Assembly: GCA_034678485.1 (NCBI GenBank)
Contig: JAXDBU010000187.1
Span: forward strand, 24-64,023
DNA: 64,000 nucleotides
Reading direction: 5' to 3'
Source of the DNA: Sedimentisphaerales bacterium
Lineage (GTDB): Bacteria > Planctomycetota > Phycisphaerae > Sedimentisphaerales > Anaerobacaceae
In this document: positions 38,784 through 47,784 of the stretch, piece after piece
Layout of the letters: each line of letters begins with the position of its first letter
Position numbering within the stretch: position 1 is the first letter of the stretch
Notes under the pieces: model-generated
What the model was told of the DNA's origin: nothing
Databases searched by the model: none
The model's input: the letters and a program-made list of their open reading frames with translations, nothing else
Translations under genes and position numbers: made by a program

Positions 38784-38915
38784 TGGTCAGCCAACTGCTC
38801 AAGGTGGGGAGACTGCCGGTTCAGACGGCGGCTGGCGTGAGGTATGGGGCCGACTCTACGGACGACGGACCATAGGGTGGGGCGCGCGTTTGCAGTGTAC
38901 ATATTTGCTCCCTGA
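38784..38915 (+). pseudogene. Possible C-terminal relic of an OMP of the 23875..24690 type
   Basis: VVSQLLKVGRLPVQTAAGVRYGADSTDDGP*GGARV... mirrors GLGQILPPIGKQFIGVAVAGTYYAEKADYAPEWDIRL. It is interrupted by TAG where a Trp would fit, and there is no N-terminal part. Confidence 0.25.
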
Positions 38916-38997
38916 TAGGCAGGTCAGACCACTGACGCCCGTTCCTCTCTCCTCTCGCCGTTGATGGGTGTTATTGGAAGCATAGGCAGACAAACGT

Positions 38998-39804
38998 ATG
39001 GAGCACTTGCTTTACGGTTTACCTCTGTGGATGGCTTTCCTGGTAACAGCGGGAATTCTCTTCATCGCATTTGAGGGTGGTTTTCTATTGGGAAGGCATC
39101 GCTGCCGTCGCTCAAACAAAGAGAAGGATTCTCTGGTTGGCCCCATGGTCGGAGCGACGCTGGGGCTGCTGGCGTTCATGCTGACGTTCACGTTCGGCCT
39201 CGCTGCTGACCATTTCAGTACCCGCCGGCACCTGGTTCTGGATGAGGCAAACGCAATCCGATCAACCTGTGCTATGGCGGCAATGCTATCCGAAGGTTCG
39301 TGCACCGAATCCCGAAAGCTCCTGAGCGAGTATGTGGAGATTCGATTGAAGGAGATTATGACCCGGGCCGAACTGCAGAGCATGATTTCCCGGGGTAATG
39401 AAATCCAGGATCAGCTTTGGTCGGTTGCCATGACCGGTGAGGTCCAAGGTGGGGGAACAAGCTCTTCCTGGCTCTATGTACGGTCCCTGAGCGACATGAT
39501 CAATTTGCAGGCCAAACGAATCAGTTACGGAACACACGGAAAGATCCCACCGTCCATTTGGATTGTACTCTACTGGCTCGCGACCCAGGGGATGGCAGCG
39601 ATGGGATACCATGCCGGGCTGGTGGGCATCCGCGGTTTTTTTGTCTACCCGGTTCTCATACTCACATTCTCCCTGGTGTTAGTGTTGATCTATGACCTTG
39701 ACAGGCCCAAGCAGAGGTTATTCAAGGTCAGCCAGCAGGCAATGATCGATCTGCGGCAGAGAATGATCGAGCCGACCGCAACAGCGGATCCGAGAACCGA
39801 CTGA
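38998..39804 (+). CDS. DUF4239 (bestrophin-like) membrane protein
   Basis: ...VGATLGLLAFMLTFTFGLAADHFSTRRHLVLDEANAI... plus two C-terminal TM helices. Paralogue of 46714..47556. Confidence 0.7.
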   Translation: MEHLLYGLPLWMAFLVTAGILFIAFEGGFLLGRHRCRRSNKEKDSLVGPMVGATLGLLAFMLTFTFGLAADHFSTRRHLVLDEANAIRSTCAMAAMLSEGSCTESRKLLSEYVEIRLKEIMTRAELQSMISRGNEIQDQLWSVAMTGEVQGGGTSSSWLYVRSLSDMINLQAKRISYGTHGKIPPSIWIVLYWLATQGMAAMGYHAGLVGIRGFFVYPVLILTFSLVLVLIYDLDRPKQRLFKVSQQAMIDLRQRMIEPTATADPRTD

Positions 39805-39878
39805 TCAAACGAAACACAACGGGACACTGTCGCTATGGGCCATCCACCAACCAGATCCAAGTGATCGAGAGTGAGGGC

Positions 39879-42239
39879 ATGACTGCTATCCAATACGTCG
39901 CCTTACTCGCTGCTGTCGGCGCGACGGCGGTTGTTCAAGCCGCCCAGGGGGGCGGGCGACCGCTGGCACGAGAACCTTTTGCCGGCTCGGCCAGTTGCCG
40001 CGAGTGTCATGAGCGATTCTACCAACTGTGGGCGCCGTCACATCACGGCCGGGCGATGCAGCCGTATACATTCGAATTCGCCCAGGTGAATCTGACGGGC
40101 GCCCGAAGCCCTGTCAAGATTGGTGATCGTGAATACCTGGCGTGCATCGGCCGCGAGGAAGGCTGGGTCCTCGAACGCGGTCCGGAAGGCGAGAAGCGAC
40201 TGCCGGTTGCGCATGTCATGGGCGGCAAGAATGTCTACTACTTCCTGACACCAATGGAACGCGGGAGCCTGCAGACATTGCCCATCGCCTACGATGTGCG
40301 GACCCGGGAATGGTTCGACACGGCAGCCAGCGGTGTACGCCATTTCCCCCATGCAACGCCCGAGGCACCCGTCCATTGGACGGATCCGATGTACACCTTC
40401 AACACGTCGTGCCATGGCTGCCATGTAAGCCAGCTGTCGACTAACTACGATCTGAAGACAGACACGTATCGTACCACATGGGCTGAGCCGGGCATCAACT
40501 GTGAGGCCTGCCACGGGCCGGCTCAAGAGCATGTCCGAGCATGCCGGGCGGCCCCAGAAGGCCAGGTGCCAAAGGACCTCCAGATTATCAGCGCCAAGTC
40601 CTTCACGCCTGAGCAGGCAAACTCGATGTGCGGATCCTGCCATGCCAAGCTGAATCCTGTGAGCGCGTCTTTCAAGCCAGGTGACCTGTATTCCGATCAC
40701 TTCGACCTCGTCACTCTGGAGAATCCGGACTTCTACCCGGACGGGCGCGATCTGGGCGAGAACTACACGATGACAACGTGGCATATGAGTCCGTGCGTCA
40801 AGAATGGCAAACTGGACTGTATGCACTGCCATACCTCCAGCGGACGATATCGATTCAAAGATACCGCGAATCTCAACGCCGCGTGTTTGCCGTGCCATAG
40901 GGAACGGGTAGAGAATGCCACGATACATACCCGCCACAAGGCCGATGGCACAGGGAATCGATGCGTCGCCTGTCACATGCCGATGACGGACTTTGCCCGC
41001 ATGACCCGCAGCGACCATTCGATGCGGCCGCCGGCCCCGGCCGCCACCCTCAGGTTCAAATCCCCTAACGCCTGCAATATCTGCCACAGCGACAAGGACC
41101 CTACATGGGCGGACCAGCAGGTGAGACAGTGGCATAGCGACGACTACCAGAAACCTGTCCTCGAGCAAGCGGCCCTCGTGGATGCCGCGAGGCGGGGCGA
41201 TTGGAGCCGGTTGGGAGTTGTTCTGGCTTACATTGGCTCGGATGATCGCGATGAGATCGTTGCTGCGTCGTTGATCCGTCTTCTGTATCGCTGCGAGTCA
41301 CGGGCCAAATGGCCGGTGGTGATGAAGGCCCTCCAGGAGGATTCCTCGCCGCTGGTGCGTGCTGCGGCAGCCCAGACGCTGGAGGGATACGCCACGGGCG
41401 AAAGTATCAAGGCCTTGGCCAAGGCGACGGGCGATGAGTATCGTCTGGTGCGCGTGCGCGCTGCTGCGGCGCTGGCCGGCGTACCGCCCGATCAACTGCC
41501 GAATGAGCATCACGCCGCGGTCGCGCGTGCCACGGCGGAGTTGCTGGAGATGCTTAGCGCTCGGCCCGATGATTACGCGTCCCAGTACAACCTCGGCAAT
41601 TTCTACCTGCAACGAGGCGATCGTGGCAGGGCTTTATCCGCGTACTCGAATTCGATCAGGCTGCGGCCGGACTTTGTACCGCCTCATGTCAACAGCGCGT
41701 TTCTATATAACGCCGATGGCGATAATGAGAAGGCGGAAGCCTCGTTTCTCCGGGCGGCGGCTTTGGACCCGAACAATTCGACTGTCCGTGTGAACCTTGG
41801 AATGCTTCTGGCGGAGATGAAACGGCCGGCAGAGGCAGAACGGGCCTTTCGCAGGGCGCTTGAGATCGATCCTAACACGGCGGCTGCGGCGTATAATCTC
41901 GGCGTCATGCTGGCTCCGGATCGGCCTTTTGAGTCCCTTCGATGGTGCCAGAGAGCTTATCAGTTGCAGCCGGGGGAGGGAAAGTACGGTTACACCTATG
42001 CTTTCTTCCTGCGTCAGCGTCGGGCGACAGACGAAGCCGTACAAGTCCTCGCAGACATGGTTCGCCGGAGTGTGCCCTACAGCGATGCCTACCTATTGCT
42101 GGGAGAAATTCATCTCGAACGGAGAGAATGGGACGCAGCGGCCGACACGTATCGGTCCGCCTGCAACAATGCCAATCTGACACCAGGCGAAAGGGAGAAC
42201 TTCAGAATGATACTGCGCGGGCTGGAACAACGGCTTTGA
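39879..42239 (+). CDS. Octahaem c-type cytochrome fused to HEAT-like and TPR repeats
   Basis: Signal peptide, then eight CxxCH motifs (CRECH, CHGCH, CEACH, CGSCH, CMHCH, CLPCH, CVACH, CNICH). These are followed by LVRAAAAQTLEG../LVRVRAAAALAG HEAT-like units and at least 5 TPR units. Confidence 0.85.
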   Translation: MTAIQYVALLAAVGATAVVQAAQGGGRPLAREPFAGSASCRECHERFYQLWAPSHHGRAMQPYTFEFAQVNLTGARSPVKIGDREYLACIGREEGWVLERGPEGEKRLPVAHVMGGKNVYYFLTPMERGSLQTLPIAYDVRTREWFDTAASGVRHFPHATPEAPVHWTDPMYTFNTSCHGCHVSQLSTNYDLKTDTYRTTWAEPGINCEACHGPAQEHVRACRAAPEGQVPKDLQIISAKSFTPEQANSMCGSCHAKLNPVSASFKPGDLYSDHFDLVTLENPDFYPDGRDLGENYTMTTWHMSPCVKNGKLDCMHCHTSSGRYRFKDTANLNAACLPCHRERVENATIHTRHKADGTGNRCVACHMPMTDFARMTRSDHSMRPPAPAATLRFKSPNACNICHSDKDPTWADQQVRQWHSDDYQKPVLEQAALVDAARRGDWSRLGVVLAYIGSDDRDEIVAASLIRLLYRCESRAKWPVVMKALQEDSSPLVRAAAAQTLEGYATGESIKALAKATGDEYRLVRVRAAAALAGVPPDQLPNEHHAAVARATAELLEMLSARPDDYASQYNLGNFYLQRGDRGRALSAYSNSIRLRPDFVPPHVNSAFLYNADGDNEKAEASFLRAAALDPNNSTVRVNLGMLLAEMKRPAEAERAFRRALEIDPNTAAAAYNLGVMLAPDRPFESLRWCQRAYQLQPGEGKYGYTYAFFLRQRRATDEAVQVLADMVRRSVPYSDAYLLLGEIHLERREWDAAADTYRSACNNANLTPGERENFRMILRGLEQRL

Positions 42240-42244
42240 ATGAC

Positions 42245-44431
42245 CTACACGGGTCTTGACGTGAACACGCCATCCGTGGCCAGTGTCTTCAGCACTATGA
42301 GAGTGACATCGTCCTCGCGGGGGGCCGAACCGACGAAGTCTCTCACAGCCTGCAGGATCGTCTGACAGATTTCTTCAGCAGACCCATGGGCTGTGCGCAG
42401 GATCTCGTATAGTCGCTCCTTGCCGAAGAGGTTTCCGCCGGCGTCGTGTGCCTCCCAGATGCCATCCGTGCCCACGACAACCACATCCCCAGTTTTCAGA
42501 AGGACAGGACCAGCCTGTTCGAACGTCGCCTCCTCGAACATTCCCATGAGCATACCGGTGTTGGGCAGTTCCTCGATCGTGCCACTGTCCGCGTGATACC
42601 ATAGGGCCGGATCGTGCCCGCCGGATACCCAGGTCAACGAGCAGTCCTGGTCGCCGACAACTCCGTAGAACAGCGTGAGGAACTTGTCGTCACCGGTGTC
42701 CCGAACCAGGTCACGATTGGTCTTATCAAAAAGCCCCACCAGATCTGTGCCGTAGTGCCGAGTGTTTGCCCTGAGCGAACTCCTCGCGGCGGTCATGAGC
42801 AGAGCGGCGCCGATCCCGTGTCCGGAGACGTCGCCGAGGACAATGCCGACTTTGCCCGGTCCCAGGTCGGCTGTGTCGATGAAATCGTAATAATCCCCTC
42901 CGGTTTCGTCGCAATACAGGCACTGGCCTGCGAGTTCGAAGTGCTTCAGACGCGGGGCTTGCCCGGGTAGAAGGCTCTGCTGTATCGCTCCGGCCAGTTC
43001 GAGCGACTTCTTCATCTTCTCCCGGTCTCTCAGCTTGGGTCCGACCTCGTTGAATACCGCGCCCAGCCGCGTCAATTCATCGCCCGTCGCGATGTGCACG
43101 TGGGCGGAGTAGTCTCCCTCCGCCAATCTCGCGCCCGCCTGTGCCAAATCGCTGATCGGACGAGTCAGAGACCTGGCGCGAACGGCCGCGAGGAATGCCG
43201 TCGTCACGATGGCGAGCAGAACCACAACGCCGGCGCCACGCAGCCAGAAGACGCTCTCCTGGAGCAGTACACGCGAAGTGGCGGTTGCCGGCTCAATCAC
43301 CGCGTCGTATGGCACGATCAACAAAGGGATGATTCGCTCCACTCCGGGACTGCCGTAGACCCACAGACACGAACGTCCCCGGTAATCCATCTGCCGGGTA
43401 CCGGCCCTCCCGGCCTGAAGGTCAGCGGTCATCATTCGGAATTGAGGCCCCTCTGTCGACGGGAGTTCTTCATACTGGATCGGTTGCCGCCAGTCGCTGC
43501 CGGGATTGGTGTAGCGACTCTGCAGCACCACGATGACTCTCGGTTCGCAAGGATCGGACCGTGGATCGACTGCCACCAGCATTCTCTCGGTGCCGACAGT
43601 CCATCTTTCTGGCAATCTGATGTCGGCGAGGATGTTCGGAATGGTTCGGTCAATCGCCGTTACGCCCACAAACGATCCATCCGGGCGACGAAGCGGAGCG
43701 GCAATCGTGATGATCCTTCTTCCTGTGAGGGCGTCGACGAGGGGCCCCACGCGAACGACATTGTTGGCCGCTTGCGCCCGGAGATACCAAGGTCGCTGCC
43801 TGGAGTCGTAGGTCTGTGGGGGACGCTGCCCCTCGGACGCGGGATAGCTCATGTGCAACCCGCTCTCCAGGCTTGTGTACTGCCACAGGATCCCTGCTGG
43901 TCCCAGACGATGAATCTCCTCATAGACGGCGGCCATGTCATGCAGCCGTTTCATGTCCGTGGTGACGGCGCTCTCGCGGACACCCTCAGCGAGAAAGAGA
44001 GTCTGGCGACCGTAGTCCGTGCGCCGCTGCCCGGCATCCTCCGTCCCGCCTACGGCGGACCGTTCGCTCTCTACCTTGAACGGAGGATCCTCATACGCGC
44101 CGGAGTCACGATCTGTGGTCTCGTCATCCGAAGTGCGATCATCCGGCTCGTGGAACAGCCGAAGCTCCGCTTCGCGAGCTTGACGCCGGACCAGAGCATC
44201 CATAAGCTGAGCTTCTCGAGCGAAGATCGCATTGGAACTCTCAAGCAGTTGCTGCAATTGCAGTTCGGCATTCGACACGAGCGTCGCCCGTATCCTGTCG
44301 GTCAATCGCAGGCGCGCCACCCTGATAGTGATCTGATGAAATGTCGAGACGGCAAGCAAGGGCGTCAATGTCATGCCCAGAAGCAACAGCAGGAGTCTCC
44401 TGCGTATCGTCATATCAGCGTCCATTCCCAC
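42245..44431 (-). CDS. Cache-like sensor / HAMP / PP2C (SpoIIE, RsbU-type) protein phosphatase
   Basis: N-terminal TM helix, about 350 aa periplasmic domain, second TM helix, HAMP (LTRPISDLAQAGARLAEGDY..GDELTRLGAVFN). The PP2C core is (YYDFID...GDVSGHGIGAALLM...VVGTDGIWEA). Confidence 0.85.
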   Translation of the reverse strand: MGMDADMTIRRRLLLLLLGMTLTPLLAVSTFHQITIRVARLRLTDRIRATLVSNAELQLQQLLESSNAIFAREAQLMDALVRRQAREAELRLFHEPDDRTSDDETTDRDSGAYEDPPFKVESERSAVGGTEDAGQRRTDYGRQTLFLAEGVRESAVTTDMKRLHDMAAVYEEIHRLGPAGILWQYTSLESGLHMSYPASEGQRPPQTYDSRQRPWYLRAQAANNVVRVGPLVDALTGRRIITIAAPLRRPDGSFVGVTAIDRTIPNILADIRLPERWTVGTERMLVAVDPRSDPCEPRVIVVLQSRYTNPGSDWRQPIQYEELPSTEGPQFRMMTADLQAGRAGTRQMDYRGRSCLWVYGSPGVERIIPLLIVPYDAVIEPATATSRVLLQESVFWLRGAGVVVLLAIVTTAFLAAVRARSLTRPISDLAQAGARLAEGDYSAHVHIATGDELTRLGAVFNEVGPKLRDREKMKKSLELAGAIQQSLLPGQAPRLKHFELAGQCLYCDETGGDYYDFIDTADLGPGKVGIVLGDVSGHGIGAALLMTAARSSLRANTRHYGTDLVGLFDKTNRDLVRDTGDDKFLTLFYGVVGDQDCSLTWVSGGHDPALWYHADSGTIEELPNTGMLMGMFEEATFEQAGPVLLKTGDVVVVGTDGIWEAHDAGGNLFGKERLYEILRTAHGSAEEICQTILQAVRDFVGSAPREDDVTLIVLKTLATDGVFTSRPV

Positions 44432-44455
44432 CGAGACAGGATTGCCCCTGCGGCA

Positions 44456-44836
44456 TCATTCCTCCTCCTGGCCGGTCATCCGACGCTGGATTGTGCCCAG
44501 GTATTCGTCGAGTTCGGCCCTGCTCTGAAAGACCTGCAGCATCGGAAGCACGCGAATGATCTCGAAGACCCTTTGAACCTGGGGCTGCATACCGATCATG
44601 GCCAAATCGGCCTGCCTCCTGGCCAAAGAGGTCTTGGCTTTCATGATGGTCCCGACACCCGCGCTCGTGATGAAATCGACGCCTGCCATGTCGAGAACCA
44701 GTGTGCGAATCGGCTCGGTCAAGGCCCTCCCAACCTCGCTGTCCAGCAATGCGCAGGTCTCGCCATCGAGCGGTCCTCGCAACGTGAGAGTAATGGAGCC
44801 AGCCTCCATCTGCTTTGTTCTGATTGTCAGTTTCAT
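44456..44836 (-). CDS. STAS-domain anti-sigma-factor antagonist (RsbV/SpoIIAA-like)
   Basis: GGAAAGGA RBS, then MKLTIRTKQMEAGSITLTLRGPLDGETCALLD...LVLDMAGVDFITSAGVGTI (a Ser sits at the position where SpoIIAA-type proteins are phosphorylated). Confidence 0.85.
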   Translation of the reverse strand: MKLTIRTKQMEAGSITLTLRGPLDGETCALLDSEVGRALTEPIRTLVLDMAGVDFITSAGVGTIMKAKTSLARRQADLAMIGMQPQVQRVFEIIRVLPMLQVFQSRAELDEYLGTIQRRMTGQEEE

Positions 44837-45080
44837 AGCGATCCTTTCCAACACGTATCCAGATTCCGACGCGTGACACGCCTCCCTTTCGTTAGGGTAC
44901 TCTTCATCCCCGGAATCGTCAATATGAACGAGGAAATACTCCCGGCATTGTGCGATGTTTCGCTGGAATTCCCAAGACCGTGCGTATACCATCATGGGCA
45001 TCGTCGAGGACAAAGTGTGTTGTCGCCAATCGAATCATGACCGCACAATTACTATGGAGTGATACATTCGGAGACCACCT

Positions 45081-46547
45081 ATGTGTACGCATTGTACTCG
45101 GCGGGACCTGATTGGAGCAGGTGCTGTGGGAGGGATGGCGCTGGCGGCGGGTCGCTGGGCGGTCGCGAGCAATGTGTCAAGCCCCCCACCGGCCCGCGAC
45201 GCAAAGGTCCGGATCTGCGTGATCATTGCAGGTGAGCCGGCGGGCAGAAGCTGGGGTCTTTCCGAAGCGGAGCTCGGGCCCGTCATGAAGCGTCTGGCTG
45301 AGGCTCAGAAGAACCTGGGCAACGTGGAATTCGTCGTCGGCCGGGCGAGCACTGCGGAACAGACCGTCCAATTGTTGGATAGGGCAGGGCCGGATGCTCC
45401 CGTACTGGCAATCAGCGCCGACATCTTCGGCTTGAGCAATTTCCACAGCGACAATGCGGTGATGCCCACGGTCTTCAAAGCGGCGCGGCCGGCGGCCGTC
45501 TTTCATCTTCCGATCATCGGCGGGCACGACTGGTGCTTGGTGAACCCATGGCGCGAGGAGGGACACCGAATCACTCTGTTCAACAGCAGCAACTGCGACG
45601 AGTTGGAACGAGCCGCGTCGTTACTCCGGGTCATCCCGCTGTTGCGACGGAGCCGCGTACTCGTCTCTGGCCCATTCAAGGGCACCCCCGAGTCCTTCAC
45701 GCCCGACAAGGTGAGACAGCGGCTGGGGGTGGAGATGGTGGCCATTGCCGACGGACGGTATGATGAGGTTATGGCCGGTGTGGATGAGCGTATCGCCGGG
45801 ACACGGGCCCAGCAGTGGCTTGACCAGGCAGAGGGCGTTGTCGAGCCAAATCGGGAAGATGTCCTTAGAGCCGCACGGGCCAGCCTGACCTTGGACCAAC
45901 TCATCGCAGAGAACGATGCTGATGGTCTGTGTGTGGGAACGTGCATGGGCTGGTTGTCGCGAGGGTTCCCTTGTTTGGGCTTTTCGCGTTTGAACGATCG
46001 AGGCATCCCCGCGGCCTGCGACGGGGACATGGACTGCCTGCTGACCATGCTGATCTTCCGGCACGCGCTCAACCGGGCTGGTTTTCTGGGCAACGCCGGT
46101 GGTGTCGACACCGCCAAGAACGCCTTTCATCTTTCCCACTGCTCAGCCCCACTGAAGATGGAGGGTCCCACCGGCTCGAATGCGCCTTATCTGCTGCGTC
46201 GGCACGCCGAGGTCCGCGGCGGCGCAGTGACCGAAGTCCACTATCGCATCGGGCAGAAGGTTACCTTCACCAAACTGATCCATCTCGAAACTCTGTTGGT
46301 GTTCACCGGAACGATCATCGAGGTCCCCAGAGTCCCCGAGGGTGAGGAACGAGGCTGCCGGACGGAACTCGTGGCCGAGGTGGACGACGCCGATAGACTG
46401 GTGACCAATTGGGGTGGCGGTGCGCTTGGCGCCAGCGCCAAGGATTACTATGCCTCTTTACACCGCGTCGCCTATTATGGTGATCACACACAGAGCATCC
46501 GCCACCTGGCCCATCTGATGGGTTTGAAGGTTGTGCAGGAAGGTTGA
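45081..46547 (+). CDS. L-fucose/L-arabinose isomerase-superfamily-like protein with a twin-arginine signal-like N-terminus
   Basis: N-terminus MCTHCTRRDLIGAGAVGGMALAAG. ...IPAACDGDMDCLLTMLIFRHAL... and the C-terminal ...HRVAYYGDHTQSIRHLAHLMGLKVV match the FucI/AraA family pattern from memory. Confidence 0.5.
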   Translation: MCTHCTRRDLIGAGAVGGMALAAGRWAVASNVSSPPPARDAKVRICVIIAGEPAGRSWGLSEAELGPVMKRLAEAQKNLGNVEFVVGRASTAEQTVQLLDRAGPDAPVLAISADIFGLSNFHSDNAVMPTVFKAARPAAVFHLPIIGGHDWCLVNPWREEGHRITLFNSSNCDELERAASLLRVIPLLRRSRVLVSGPFKGTPESFTPDKVRQRLGVEMVAIADGRYDEVMAGVDERIAGTRAQQWLDQAEGVVEPNREDVLRAARASLTLDQLIAENDADGLCVGTCMGWLSRGFPCLGFSRLNDRGIPAACDGDMDCLLTMLIFRHALNRAGFLGNAGGVDTAKNAFHLSHCSAPLKMEGPTGSNAPYLLRRHAEVRGGAVTEVHYRIGQKVTFTKLIHLETLLVFTGTIIEVPRVPEGEERGCRTELVAEVDDADRLVTNWGGGALGASAKDYYASLHRVAYYGDHTQSIRHLAHLMGLKVVQEG

Positions 46548-46713
46548 CCTTCGCCCTCCGTGTTCGATCTCCATACGAAGAAGGGTCAAACCAGGCTTGC
46601 ATTCCCTCTGCGGTTCCACTCCACGTATGGATCTCAGTGTCATCGCGTCGGACTGGCCCGCGATGAATCCGGATCGGCGTCTGTACCCTATGACATCTGT
46701 CGTAGGCAGTGCC

Positions 46714-47556
46714 TCACCGCGAGGCCCCTGCCTCTGGCCCACCTTCGACGCCCGTGGCCTGCATGTCCTGATCCAAGTACTGCTGCACACGAAGCAGGGG
46801 CGTTTGCTCGATCTGAATCAAGCCGCAGCGGGGCTGGTCCAGATCCAGAATGGTGTACACCGTACCCCCCACAAGGAGCGTCAGCATCACCGCCGCCAGG
46901 AGACCCCGGTGTTGGCCTAACCCGCCGGAGTAGCCAACTGCCGTAACTGCCGTGGCTGCAGCCCCAAGGAGCAGTAGGAGGACGATATCGGGGACCCTGC
47001 TCTCGTATGCATTAATCCGCTTTTGATGAACGGCCATGGCCGTGCTGAGCAGGGGCACAAGCCCCTCTACGCCGTTGGCTGCGTGCTCGCTCTGGACTTC
47101 TGCGCGGACCAACTCGCACATCTGGTTGTACAGAGCCTGGCCTTGTGCAGTCCGGCTGGCCAGCTCATCGTTGATTACCCTGGCATTCAGAGTCGCCACA
47201 TCCGCGCGCAGATTGACATACTGTCGCAAGAGCTGACGGAATTCGCGGCCGCGTGGCTCTGGGAAAAACCGACTCCGTAATTCCATCGCGGTCAGCACGT
47301 TGGCGTCCTCCTGGACCAGTTGCCGCCGCGCCTCGTAGCGCAGGTTGGACATGTTGAAAGTGAACCCGAGAAGCAGCGCGAGAAGCCCCAGCATCGATGT
47401 CTGCACCGCGCTGAAATGTACGCGACCGGTATCGCCCGTCCGCGAATGCCTCCGTTGCCCTATTCGATAACCGATTTCCGCCAGCACGAGCATAGCGATG
47501 ATCATTGCCACAGTGATAACCCACGAGTCTTGTTGGTGAAGCCAACTCAGTTTCAT
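46714..47556 (-). CDS. DUF4239 (bestrophin-like) membrane protein
   Basis: ...TSMLGLLALLLGFTFNMSNLRYEARRQLVQEDANVL... Same architecture as 38998..39804. Confidence 0.7.
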   Translation of the reverse strand: MKLSWLHQQDSWVITVAMIIAMLVLAEIGYRIGQRRHSRTGDTGRVHFSAVQTSMLGLLALLLGFTFNMSNLRYEARRQLVQEDANVLTAMELRSRFFPEPRGREFRQLLRQYVNLRADVATLNARVINDELASRTAQGQALYNQMCELVRAEVQSEHAANGVEGLVPLLSTAMAVHQKRINAYESRVPDIVLLLLLGAAATAVTAVGYSGGLGQHRGLLAAVMLTLLVGGTVYTILDLDQPRCGLIQIEQTPLLRVQQYLDQDMQATGVEGGPEAGASR

Positions 47557-47784
47557 CTCAAATCCATCTCCGTGGCTGCCGCGGACACGTCCCTCTGGGA
47601 CACCGCCAGAAGCTCTGGGCGACGTACGACTGCCTGCATTCGACCATTCTTCTGTCGACGCAATGGTATCCGAGAACGCAGCGGCGTGTCAACAAGCTCA
47701 CCACGGGGCAGTCCGCAACAGTTGTGGACTTAGGCGAGCCATCAAGTGGAAGGTCGGGGGCGCAATGAGTGTTTGCGGACCATG

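Noticed and set aside
40038-45040. 376-aa minus-strand ORF inside the cytochrome gene, and a 648-aa plus-strand ORF (43094..45040) spanning the phosphatase and STAS genes.
   Set aside because: The opposite strands carry CxxCH x8, PP2C and STAS signatures. These ORFs have none, and one of them crosses two real genes.
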